Assembly (NCBI RefSeq): GCF_964355755.1
Contig: NC_092677.1
Coordinates: 19,304,101 to 19,368,100, forward strand
Length of the DNA: 64,000 nt
Source: Antedon mediterranea
Taxonomy: Eukaryota > Animalia > Echinodermata
Direction of reading: 5' to 3'
Shown here: in pieces, positions 47,945 to 60,695 of the stretch
Numbering within the stretch: the first letter of the stretch is position 1
How the letters are laid out: each line of letters opens with the position of its first letter
Notes under the pieces: generated by a model
Database searches by the model: none
Told to the model about the DNA's origin: nothing
What the model saw: only the letters and a program-made list of their open reading frames with translations
Translations under genes and position numbers: made by a program

Positions 47945-48570
47945 GTAGGCCTAGGCCCTACGACAAAATATAGGCTTAGGCCCTAGGGCCTAGCTAGGCC
48001 TAGGCTAAGTTAACATCAAAATCTAAAATCGATGTTGCTCCCCTGGCTGGGTGACCTTTCCCCTTTTTTGTGGTCAACCAATTGTTTGCAGATCACTTCC
48101 TAGCTAGCGTGCTTAGGCTAGGCCAGGCCTATGCCTAATATTATCAGTTAGGCCTAGGCCTAGGCTATAAATAGATTAATTTTCGAATAATAACTAGGCC
48201 TAGGCCTAGGTAGACCCTAGCCTAGGCCTCCTATACTAGGCCTAGCCTAGGCTAGGAATAGCCTACCACACTCACTTATTTTTAGGATGTAATGTTGAAA
48301 CTGAAAGGTGTGTTTCTCACTCTCTTCTTACCCTGCGGCCTATTGTTTTTTCATCATAACAAAGATATTTTAAATTTGGATTAGGCTAGGCTCAAAATAA
48401 TATTAATTTATGATATTTCTTTTTGATAGCCTAGAGATCGTGCTGCAGACTGTCTGCCATATAGCGCCTCATTAGAATAATTGAGGTAGGTATATTCAGA
48501 GCGTCATTTCGACGACGATCGAGCATTCTCTACTTATACGGAGCGCCATTTATGCCTTTATTTACTTACG
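47945..48570 (-). promoter_or_regulatory. Candidate first (non-coding) exon and promoter-proximal region of ELMO-B, with an adjacent TAGGCCTA-rich tract
   Basis: Strong minus-strand donors TAA|gtgagt (48276) and AGG|gtaaga (48332); CpG-containing patch at about 48430-48550; dense ctaggcctag palindromes at 47945-48265. Positional inference only. Confidence 0.35.
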
Positions 48571-48591
48571 AAATAGAAATAGTACTTCGGT

Positions 48592-49835
48592 AGCTGCTCC
48601 AGTGGACCAAATTTAGCACTAGTGGAGCGCAGTGATATAAAATAGAGTGAGGAGCACAGTGATATAAAATAGAAATAAGTCACTGAATTTTAATATCTTT
48701 TCGTATGTTAATACACTGTGCTCAAGTGGACCCAATTTGGAGCCAGGGGAGCACAGTGATATAAAATAGAAATAAGTCACTACATTTTAATATCTTTTCG
48801 TATGTTAATAAACTGTGCTCAAGTGGACACAATTTGGAGCCAGGGGAGCACAGTGATATAAAATAGAAATAAGTCACTGAATTTTAATATCTTTTCGTAT
48901 GTTAATACACTGTGCTCAAGTGGACCCAATTTGGAGCCAGGGGAGCACAGTGATATAAAATAGAAATAAGTCACTGAATGTTAATATCTTTTCGTATGTT
49001 AATACACCGGCTCAAGAAGTGGACCCAATTTGGAGCCAGTGGAGAACGGTGATAAAAAATAGAAATAAGTCACTGAATTTTAATATGTTTTCGTATGTTA
49101 ATACACTGTGCATGCTCAAGTGGACCCAATTTGGAGCCAGTGGAGCACAGTGATATACATAGAAATAAGTCACTAAATTTTAATATCTTTTCGTATGTTA
49201 ATAAACTGTGCTCAAGTGGACACAATTTGGAGCCAGGGGAGCACAGTGATATAAAATAGAATAAGTCACTGAATTTTAATATCTTTTTGTATGTTAATAC
49301 ACTGTGCTCAAGTGGACCCAATTTGGAGCCAGTGGAGCACAGTGATATAAAATAGAAAAAAGTCACTGAATTTTAATATCTTTTCGTATGTTAATACACT
49401 GTGCTCAAGTGGACCCAATTTGGCGCCAGGATTGCACAGTGATATAAAATAGAAATAAGTCATTGAATGTTAATATATTTTCGTATGTTAATACACTGTG
49501 CTCAAGTGGACCTAATTTGGCGCCAGTGGAGCACAGTGATATAAAATGGAAAAACTCACTGAATTGTAATATCTTTTCGTATTTAATATACACTATGCTC
49601 AAGTGGACCCGATTTGTAGCCAGGGGAGCACTGTGATATAAAATAGAAATAAGTCACTGAATTTTAATATCTTTTCGTATGTTAATACACTGTGCTTACG
49701 TGAACCCAATTTGGCGCCCGCGCCAGTGAGCACAGTAATATAAAATAGAAAAAAGTCACTAAATTGTAATATCTTTTCGTATGTTAATACACTGTGCTCA
49801 AGTGGACCCAATTTGGCACCAATGGGAGCACAGGG
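48592..49835. repeat. 97-bp tandem array, about 12-13 copies, each unit with an internal inverted repeat
   Basis: Period 48652 to 48749 to 48846; each unit contains gagcacagtg...cactgtgctc. A detached partial copy lies at about 50181-50250. Confidence 0.95.
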
Positions 49836-50304
49836 AAATAGTCACATTCAAAAACATCGAGAAAAAATACTTCTGGAATTTAAAAATATTTCAAACTTGG
49901 TATAATGTTCAATATCGGTTACTCCATCCGTAAACCAAAAGAAAAAATAGTTTCAAGCCACATCAGTGATTTTAATAAATTGCGTTCGCTTAAGATAATA
50001 CTTATGAAAAAACATACAATTCCGACACATATTATGTTAAACTCTAATAATGATTTTGACAACAACAAAAAACGGTTAGGAATTCGATTTTTTCCCTGTA
50101 AATTGAGCAACTTAAATTAAAAATATACCAAGAAATATATATTGAAATCAAGGAGTATTTTTTTTTTTACAAAAGAAATGTTCGTATGTTAATACACTGT
50201 GCTCCAGTGGATCTAATTTGGCGCCAGTGGAACAAAGGGAAATAGTCACAAACAAAAACAGAGATATTAAATAATTAATTGTGTAAACAGCATTTGCCAA
50301 CCGA

Positions 50305-50385
50305 AATGTTTGGTCTAGTGGTAAAGGCTTTAACCTATTACGCTGGAGCCCTCGGTTCGAGGTCTTTCAAGAACATGTTTTTTTT
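50305..50385 (+). pseudogene. Degenerate tRNA-like or SINE-head sequence
   Basis: A box tggtctagtgg (50311), B box ggttcgagg (50354), oligo-T downstream; no complete cloverleaf. Confidence 0.45.
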
Positions 50386-50423
50386 AAATAGTTGAGAGAG
50401 ATTATTTAGAGGGTTAGGTAGCC

Positions 50424-53400
50424 TAATAATAATAATAATTTATTGGAAACTTCACTTTTACAAGAGTGGCACACTTTGATGATAAAGGTGCGTCCATCAA
50501 TAATAACATACAAGAATAAATAAAATTATTAACTTAAAAATAAATCAAAATGAATGAATGAAATACAAAACATAACTCTAATAATAAAATACTTTAAATC
50601 AAAATAAATAAATAAAAGAAACTTTAGAGGAATAAAAATAAATAAAAATGTTTAGATACACACAAAATAAATAATAAAATTAATTTCATGGTATGAATCA
50701 GAATAAGGAGTATAACGGTGTGTGTAATACTCAACACTAAGGCATAATAAAATAAAATAAAAAGACAAAGATTACGAAACAGAAATCAAAATGACACACA
50801 AAAGTTGAAAAGCAGTTCAAAACACAACAGCATTGACGTTATAAGTTTAAAAGAGCACAACGTTTCTTCCATAAAGATTTAGCCAATGATTTACAGAATT
50901 TGTCGATTAAAGATTTTTTATTATCAAATAAATCATGGTCATTGCCTAGAATAAGAAGGGTTTGTTGAATAAATCTAAATTCTGAAAATAGTCAAAGAGA
51001 TAAAAAAGATTACATTCCAAAAGTTTTTGTTGGAATTTAGCAATTTGGTTTTTTCTCTCTTCTTCTAGAGTGGTACATGTTAGGAGAAAGTGCATAATGG
51101 TTTCTTCTTCATTTCTGTTGCACAATTTACAACAACCATTAGCATTAGGGTCATTTGACCATTTAGATGTTTTTCTTTCAAGGGGAAGGGTGTTTGATCG
51201 CAGCTTAAATTTTAACGATGCTCCTTCAAAGTCAATTTTATCAAGCAGATACTGTTCAAGTTTTGGTTCATTTTTTATATACCGGTACATATAATGTTCA
51301 ATTGACGTTTTACATTTACCGTCTTCAACCCAATGCGAGAGAGCTAGATTTTTCATAATTATTTTTGTATTGGAAGCCCAGTTGGCATCAAAGTTATCAT
51401 TACCATTTCGAATATCAGAAAAAATATCATATGTACCACAATTATCAATGATATTTCGAACACACAATGGAATTTTAAATGATAGATCATTAAAGTTCTC
51501 TGTCAATTTAACTAGTGTTTTCAGTAATATCCTAGACCAACGTTCATCTTCCATCTTTAAAATTCTTTCCATATAATTAATTCTATTTACATTTTGAGTA
51601 TGTGAGATTTTTGACCACCCAAGTTCCCCATAAAGAGTAGCACAAGGGGTATTCCGAGAGGCCTTAAGGATAAACCTTGCCATTTGTAATTGTAGTCTTT
51701 CAAATTATTCTTTCACAATCACTTTTGCTACCAATCCAAATAGTACTACCATAATTTATTGATGGGAGTGCAATTGTTCGCGAGAGGATATCACCATAAT
51801 ATACTCTATTAAAATTGTTTAAATTACCAATTATGGCTTTTATATAGCCTATGAGTCGGTTACATTTTTGTATAATATATTCTACATGGCTATGGTCATT
51901 TGCACCTCTTGATATCATTACACCTAGATATTTATACGTTTAACACTCAGTTATCGACTGGTCTCCTAATTTCCATCATAACTTTTGTTTATCTATTTTC
52001 TTACCTACAACAAGTACATTTGATTTAGTTGAGTTAAATTGCATTTTCCAATCAATGGCAAATTTTGCAGTTAGCTGTAACATGTGAGTCATTTGTTGCT
52101 CATTTTCAGCTAATAGCACAATATCATCTGCCCAGAAAAGGGCTCCTTGCCATATGTTATTAATATGAACTCCTATATCATTTAATTTTAGAATTTTTGT
52201 GAGCTCGTTGATAAATATACAAAACAGAATAGGAGATAGCACACATCCCTGTCTAACTCCTTGTTCAATTGAAAATTCATTAGTTACAGTATCCCCAAAT
52301 TTTACTTTCCCTTTGACATTTGCATACATGTTATCAATAATTCTCCACAGACGCCCTCTTATTCCTATATTCCATATGGCTTTCATGAGCCCATCTCTCC
52401 AAACGGAATCAAATGCCTTTCGGAAGTCCAGGAAAGCTAGATAGGTGTTTTTTCCCTCTTTTTTTCTTAAAGCAGTTATACTTTTGATTACAAAAATATG
52501 GTCCTCACACCTATGATCTTTCCTGAAACCACCCTGGACTTCCGTCAGTGCATTATCACTTTCCAAATAGTTTGATACATTCATAGCAAATTTTGATACA
52601 CAAGATGTAAGAGAGATTCCACGATAATTGTTCAAATCTCTCTTATCACCATGTTTAAAGATTGGAATAATTAAACTTAAATTCCAGTCTTCTGGTGGGT
52701 GTTCAAAAAGGATGATTCTATTAAATAAATCTAACAGAGATTTTACCATAATATGACCACCATTTTGTAAAAGTTCATTAGTAATGTTATCTTCACCTGG
52801 AGATTTACAATTTTTTGCAATACTTAATACATATTTTATACTTTCAATATCAATAGAAATATCACATAGAGGATCTGTAGCCTCATCATCATCTCTGAAC
52901 AAGTTGTTTCTAATGTTTTGTATACAGTTCTCAGTCATGTATACATTATTATTGAATGTATTATTTTTAGAATTACTTAGTGATCCCCAATAGTTTCTTA
53001 ATGTTTCGGCCTTTTCTTCAACGCTAGTAACAACTTGTTCAGACCCTGGAACCTTAAAACAATCAGTACTTTGTTTGTTAAACTTTGACCCTCTAATTGT
53101 TTGCCAGAATTCCTTACAATTTTTACCTCCTTTGTTTGCAATAACAATTGATTTATCTACCCTCATTTCTAATATCTTTTGTTTTATCAAAGTCTTAGCA
53201 AACAACCGCTTTTGTTGGTAATTCTGCCAAAGGAAGTCACATGTTGCAGCATCTTTGTCTTTTCTTTTAACATAATTTCTATGAATTTGTGTTGCTTTCT
53301 TTCTATTCTCAATTGCATTTGCAACTTCCTTATCAAACCATGGTTTAGATTTTCCCCCAACACATTTTTTACCAATGCCTTCTTCTGCGCATTTAATTAC

Positions 53401-53916
53401 AATAGACTTCCAGGAATTCCATAAGTCATTAACATTATCAAACCTATTTGCATCCCACTCTTTAAAATCCCTTTCTAAATAGGCATTATATTCACTAAAA
53501 TCTTCATCAAACTTAATGTTCCATATATATTTCTTACTACACCTATTATCTTTGTTTTTCGAGTTATTTATATTTAATTTAAGTAGTAACATATTATGGT
53601 CACTACCCAAGCTAAGTTGTCCTAATTCGTCTATCTTCATTTTGGAAATAGTATTATCATTAAACATGTTTTTTGAAGACAAAATATAATCAATGGTACA
53701 GTACTTCGTTGTTTGCCTCTACACCATGTGATTTCGCCTTCACAGAAAATAGTTTTGTTGAGAATTAATAAGTTTGAATTACTACTAAACTCAATTAATC
53801 TATTACCATTCGTATTGACTATTGGGTCGCCACCCATTACAGAACTACCTATTCTAGCATTAAAATCGCCTAAGATTAAAATATTAGGCTCTTCTTTTCC
53901 TTCATGCATGTTTTAG
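50424..53916 (-). mobile_element. LINE (RTE-X-like) ORF2: partial APE endonuclease, RT and C-terminal CCHC; 5'-truncated and disrupted
   Basis: ORFs 53909-53637 (LILGDFNARIG), 53682-51976 (SDH, YRGISL, QGGFRK, FLDFRKAFDSV, GVRQGCVLSP, WADD), 51918-51700 and 51683-50946 (LYGELGW; CKLC...ETIMHFLLTC); (ATT)n tail at about 50424-50440. Confidence 0.9.
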
Positions 53917-54662
53917 GTTTAGTATAATTATTTAGGAAGTAGATCAGCTATCTTGCAATTCTTTATAATAGAAAATAATTAAGGTAATGAATTATTCATG
54001 ATTTCTGCCTTATCTGACGAGTAAAGAAAATTTCGCGTACGTGACGGGCAAAGAATATCTTTGGTACGGGCGGCTAGTAAGTATAGTCTACATCGCCAGT
54101 AAAAATACGATATAATTATATAATAATATGATGACGTACTAAGTAGTCTGGGCATGCGTAGAAGATGTCTTGGAATTGGAGTAGCCCACTATCAGGTCTT
54201 GCACTTTGGTAACACCATATAGAGATATTATGGTAGCCTACAGGTAATACTGACTGGTCCTGGAGGAGACTTTTAAGTCTATTAATTTACGCAGGATTTT
54301 ATTTGGGTGGGTGGGGATTAATATATTTTGGACAATTTTCATAATATTGAGTACTTTGCAAACGAAGCGTGGAAGCCCTGGCCGTTAGTAAGAGCAAGTT
54401 GGTTAATTTCAATCGGTCTACCGGGCACATAATAGTCTGGGTTCCAGACGGAGTTTTGTCTTAATATTAGTAAAAAGATAAATATTTCGTCACATAGTAC
54501 GTATACTACTTGATTTTGGATATATTTTCAGACAAAAATCGAAAAAAAAAACAAATAAATTTTTTTTTAAAGGCAATGAATACAGACTTGGGGCAAGTCT
54601 AGGCACATGAATATGGCTTCTAAGTTTCTTCTACGTTTAAAAATGTTAGGACCTAAAAATGG

Positions 54663-57600
54663 TTTGATTTGATTTATTCAATATCGGCTCATTACAATTA
54701 CAACAGAATACATAAAAATACAAAATGAAACAAAAAGCCAGGATTGTCCAAAGCGAACCCAATCACTGTTTAAAAACTTTCCTTCTAACAGAAATAAAAT
54801 ATAATATAAATATAATATAGGCAAAATGACGGTTTAAAAAATGAATTAAAATAAAAATAGCAAAATAAAGGGGAAAAAATGGTTAAATAAATTAAAATCT
54901 AAGACAAAAAAACAAAAAACAAAAAAACAAAAAAAAACAGCAGGGACCAGGAAAAATGAAAAAGAAGAGAGGCAAGGAGAGGAGAAATCAGGAATGGAAA
55001 TAGTGTTGGCGAAGACTAGTCACAAATTCTCGAAACCACCTGCCAAGGAGAGCAAGGTCTCTTAAATCTGAGGGAAGACCATTCCAAAGTTTACAGAATC
55101 TAGGAAAGAGTGAAGATTGAAAACAGACAGTTCGAGCAAAGGGTGGCCTGAATAGAAGATCAAATTTGTGACGAGAAATAGGAGAAAAAAAGGAAGAAAC
55201 ATCGAGATCAATAATAGTGTATAAACATTTGACAACAAAGATAATAGTTTGGAAATCAATCCGAGAAGTCAAAGAAGGAAGATGAAGGAGAGCTAATCTT
55301 TCGGGGTAAGTAGGACGTTTAAAAAGTGTTTACCCGGAAAAGATTATCTTGTAAAAATGCGTTGAGGTTTTTCAAGGAGAGTAAGATGGGAAGCCAAATG
55401 TGGAAACCACACGTCAGAAGCACCATATTCCAGAATCGGACGACACAAGGATTTGTAAAGTAGAAGAAGAGAATGAGAGTCATTGGTTTCAACAGTACGA
55501 CGGATAAATCCTAAAGTCCTGGGGGCAGAAGAGTGCAACAGTTAAAATGTGGTCGTGCCAAGAAAGGGTACTATTAAGGGTAATGCCAGGATATTTATGG
55601 CTGTTAGTTAGAGACAGAGGGATATCATTAACAGTGTAAGGGTAGAGAGTGGGTAGAGAACGTGCATAACTAATACATTTATTGATGTTAAGTGACATTT
55701 TATTTACGTTGGACCAAGAAAGAATATTGTCAAGATCAGATTGTAGGATAAGGGAATCAGAGTTAGATTGAACATTCCTGAAGACTACACTGTCATCAGC
55801 ATATTGGAGAATATTAGATTGAAGAGTAGAGGGAAGATCCGAAACAAAAATATTAAGTAACAGAGGGCCTAGTAGAGATCCCCAGATGTAACTTGGGCCC
55901 AATTGGAGGAAGAACCATTAAAAAGCACTCTCTGTGACCGACCAATTAAGTAAGTAAGAGGAAATCAAATTAAGTGTAGTGCCACAGAAACCATAGTTGT
56001 GAAGTTTTTGAACTGAGAAATCTTATCAAAGGCCTTGGACCAATCCAGAAATATAACATCGGTTAGGAGAATTAGGTTTATCAAGATTAGAAGCTAGGTG
56101 ATGATAAAGTTGAGAGACTTGAGTAATAGTTGATCGTCTTGGCACGAAACCATGTTGGGCTTTAGGAATAAGACAAAGATTAGTTAAGTGAGTGTTAATA
56201 TGGGTAGAAAGAAATCCTTCTAATAGTTTACAAGGAATAGAGCAAATAGAAATAGGTCGATAGTTTTTAAGTGTTGCACGATTACCTGATTTGAAAACTG
56301 GTACTACATCAGCCCTTTTCCAAATAAGTGGAACTTGACCAAGAGAAAGTGACAGATTATAAATGTTAGAGAGATATGAAGTGATAACAGGACCAGCTAA
56401 TTTAAGAAGTGAAGGAGAAATATTGTCTGGTCCAGGAGATTTATGTACGTTTAACTTAGAAATGGCTTCGGAGACATTAAGGGCAGAGACAGAAAAATCA
56501 GTAATAGGTGAGAAGCCGATATGTGAAGAGCAGGGGGAGATATGGGAGTGTCAAAAGCTTCACTGATGGGAGAAAAGTTTTCTTTGAAGGAAAGGTTGAA
56601 GTGATTAGAAACTAAGGTAGGATCAGATGATAGGTTACCATTGATTAGAAAACTAGAGGAGTTTAAAGATTTACGTTTACTCTTAACAAAGGACCAACAG
56701 CGCTTTGGGTTAATAGAAGATGAGTCTTTTGCCAATTTCTGGATGTATGAGTAGTAATCAGTATTGCATTGATACTTTACATTGTTACGAATCCGTTGAT
56801 ATTTCTCCCAGACGAGAGGACTATTAGATCTTTTAGCTTTTTGATAAGTTGAATAGTATCAGGAGTAATCCAAGGAGAATTTTTCTTACGAGATCTAGAC
56901 TTGTTGACAGCAGGAACAATATCCTTTACTGCAGCAAACAGAAAGTCTTTAAAGTTTTCCCATGTACTATTTATATCATTTGGATCGTAGCCAAGATTCC
57001 AAGGAATGTTGGATAGCGTAGTGTGAAAGTCAAGGACATCAACTTTTGACCATTGATAAAAAGTACGATACAGAGTGTTGGAAGAGAGAGAGAGAGAAAA
57101 GAGAATGGAGTCATGGTCACAGTTGTTTAGGCTGGGACCAGATAAAATATCTGAAATAGAAAGTGGGTTATTAGTGAACAGAAGATCAAGGATATTTCCA
57201 GACTTAGAATGAGCAGAAAATATACGAGTAGGAAAGTTAACAAGTTGATGAAAGTCAACAATGATAACTACAGAGTCTAGAGAATGAGGTAAGGGAGAGT
57301 CAGGTTGAAGAGGGAAGTTGAAATCGCCAAGTAGACAGATATTCCAGTATTGGAAGGAGAGATTGAAGATTAAAGACAAGGAGTCATCCAGAAGATGTAG
57401 AAAAGATACTTGAAGGTGGTCTATATACACATCCTATTAACATATGTTACCAATAGGTAAACATATTTTAGTCCATACTATCTCGAGACCCTCAATTTAA
57501 AATTCATATTTTCTAACAACTTTAAGATTAGAATTAGTAGCAATTAAAACACCACCCCCTGGCTATTACGGTCTTTTCTGAAAATATTGTATCCGGATAA

Positions 57601-57720
57601 AATCTCGCAGTCAGTTATAGTATCGTCAAGCCAGGATTCAGAAATACATAAAATGGTAAACAATATTAAACAAAATGAAATAAAATAAGTTATTCTTTGA
57701 TGACATTCTATATCGACGTT
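54663..57720 (-). mobile_element. Decayed CR1/L2-group LINE (endonuclease and RT remnants)
   Basis: Fragments LLGDFNFP, NILDLLFTN, CDHDSI, SPWIT, GSLLGPLL..QYADD, LYKSLCRPILEYG and FPRFCKLWNGLP in different frames; (AAATC)n tail at about 54663-54675. Confidence 0.88.
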
Positions 57721-58799
57721 TTTTGATTGAAAAAGTGAATTTAAAATATCGTAATAACTATCCCGCTATGTTTCGGGTTTTGGAATAGATAGGCCGCCTA
57801 CACACGTGGTGTGAATTCATATGATTCACCATCTTCTTGCCCATCAGCTCGGTCTATCTTAGTCTTACTGATCCAGAGACTTACATTTTTAACAGCTGCT
57901 TTTCTTTTACGTTCATTTTGTTCTTTTCGACCCATAATGATAATAATTGTAATAAATGACCATTGATGATTAGCCTACGGGCATACAACTCGTAAACAGG
58001 CTGACTATGGCACGCGGTACAATATTGTTCACTTTATTTTTTGTGGTACTGTCGTACTGTGGTTGGAAAATTACTGAATGACGTACTATTATTATTATTA
58101 TTACTATTTATGGTATAGGGCTTGGTTATAATTGATACGGCTTCGTAATTTTTTCATAAACATAACAGATACGTTAACAACGCAAGCTAAGGGTTGACCC
58201 CTGATTAGGGTTTAGGGCCCGAAGGTGTTCCCTTAAGTTAGGGATTACTTTATCTAAAAACTCAGTTGCAATCAATTTTCTCTAAAACTTTATTTTTTTT
58301 AGATTTATGTGAAGAAATGACGAATGACGTAATTGATGAATGACAAAGAAGAATTTAACAGCCTGAAATGTGAACACTGTGGAGATAAATTTGAGTTAAC
58401 AGAATTGAAGGTACATTCAGGAATACACGTACATTTCAAAGAGATGTGGAAAATCTTGAGGATTTTCTGCTGAATGGCCAGATTTTGAAATTGAAGAACG
58501 TTTTTTTTTTTTGACAATAATGAACAACAAATCGGAACATTATCAACAATTAAGAAAACTGAGAATTTGAGAAACACTGCCGAAGAAACAAAGTTCGTAT
58601 GAATCTGAACATTGTGGGAAACTAATTTAAAAAATGTCTCAAAAAGAAACATTTAATCTCATACAAGAACTAACCGATTATTGTATTAGTGATGTTGAGA
58701 TTTACGTAAATGTTGTTTAACTTTTATAGCCATTATTATTTAAACAAGTTAGGCCTACGGTGCTCAGCGATGATGTCTATAAACACGTGACACATTTCC

Positions 58800-60110
58800 C
58801 AATGGTTTGATTATTATTGCCTCCGCATGCAATCACGTTTTTGTTAGAAATGTCCTAAAACCAGAAACGATAGCGACATTTCTGCCATCATCAAACTATT
58901 GATATTCATTCTTTTGCAAGCATGGAGTGGTTATCGTATGAATCAAAACAAACCATGCACGAAACGGAGGTGAAACACAATTTGGTAATTTCTATTTGAA
59001 AACATTGAATTAAATTGAATCAATTTGATTATGTTGAAATTTTGGAACATGAATGGAAGTAAATTATGAGTTCGTTAACTCCTCTTTATCGACAGGAAAT
59101 CCTTCGTAATATTTTTGCTTAATTTAATGTATAAAACCGCCCAAACATTTTGTTACATCATGCATTACCATACAGGACCAATGGTAAACTTGTGTTTTCA
59201 CTATTCCGCACATGTGTAGAAAACTAATGTGTCAAGAAGAAAGACGAGAGATGAGATATAACCTATCAAAAGTCTTGTAATCCTCTAACCAGTATATTAC
59301 CACATAAAAAAAAAAAACCCTTCAGGGTAGCCTGATTGGTGTATCTGTGACGATGACAAGCAGAAATACATCAATCAAGAAAATGAGGAAATAAAATTAA
59401 ATCATTAAATTAATGTATTAATTAAAACAGATGAAACTGAATATAACGCTGGATTAAGATCTTTAGCTATTACACTTTAGGTTAACTTGTTTAGGAAAGT
59501 TTGGTCAGATAGAAAATCAAGCTAAAACCACAATAACTAGTGATGCAAATGAAGTGTACGACCTTCTATCCACCCCTGAAGTTATTAATTATAAATGATG
59601 TTACCCTAATTAATGCCAACTTGGTAGAAATTAAGTATGAATAATAATAAAAATAACAAAACGTCACAGTAAATAAGAAAGTAAACGTAGATATTGCCGC
59701 TAGTGTTCAACTGCTATTGCTCGGTTGACGATCGTGTTCTCTACTACGATACCGATTCTTGTGTCTTCGTTTCTAACACTACTAACCATGGTGAATGGCA
59801 ACCACCAATCGGAGATTATCTCGGTGAACTAACAAATGAAATTAATCAGAAAGATGGCCAGTTTTATTACATGTTTTGTGTCCGGAGATCCAAAAAATTA
59901 GGTATACAAATTAGTTTCGGGTAAAAAAAAGTTAAATGACAAAAATGCTCAATAAATGCATTTTATTAGTTCCATTGGACCAAATAAAATACCTACATCT
60001 GATTCAAACCGTAGGCCAACCCGAAAATTGAATTCAAGAAAAATAGTTAATGAATCATCCACTAAAGATTATTTATAGATTAGGGTTATAGGATTGACGA
60101 TTGTTTTATG
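58800..60110 (+). mobile_element. Polinton/Maverick-type protein-primed DNA polymerase B remnant
   Basis: Colinear fragments IASACNHVFVRNVLKPETIA (about 58816), LPYRTNGKLVFSLFRTCVE (59165), GLRSLA/GKFGQ (about 59450-59510) and VLYYDTDSCVF...GDYLGELTNE (about 59735-59840); heavily frameshifted. Confidence 0.78.
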
Positions 60111-60695
60111 ATTATTTAACGTAGTTAAAGACTGTAATATTTCCATCGCTATAAGAATTCTAATTTTGTTCTGTAGTTTTAGTAATTCGTTTAAGTTTTT
60201 AAATAGGCCTACTATTTGTGTAATATTCTTGTAAATAAGAGAATTTATTTATTTTTTGTAGCGATTTTGTAAATATTATCATAGCCTAATATTTTTGTAA
60301 CATTTATTTATACTTTTTGTAACTAGTATACGGAAATTAAATATTATTTGTTTATAAATAAATTGTGATTGTATATTTCATCTTTATTCAGTGTGTCGAT
60401 TAACTTCAAAAACAGAAACTTAGGCTTACGTACGTAAACATTTTGTCATGCAATCGTTACATAGAAATAATTTCGCTACATAAAAAACATTTGTCAAGAA
60501 TCTTTTTACCTACAATTTATTGTGTCAAATCGCTACATAAAAATAATTTGTCAAGAATCTTTTTACATAAAATTAATTCAAAAATTAAATTCACTTACAT
60601 TTTCTAGAGATGTGTCATCTCTTCTAGCAATATGCCCGCGGTATGAATGAATGTTTATAATTGAGATTATTTTGTTTAGCAAATTACTCTTGGAT

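Noticed and set aside
48592-49835. 97-bp palindromic array as a CRISPR array or as coding repeats (ORFs 49070-49811)
   Set aside because: No variable spacers; the ORFs are translations of the repeat unit with frequent stops.
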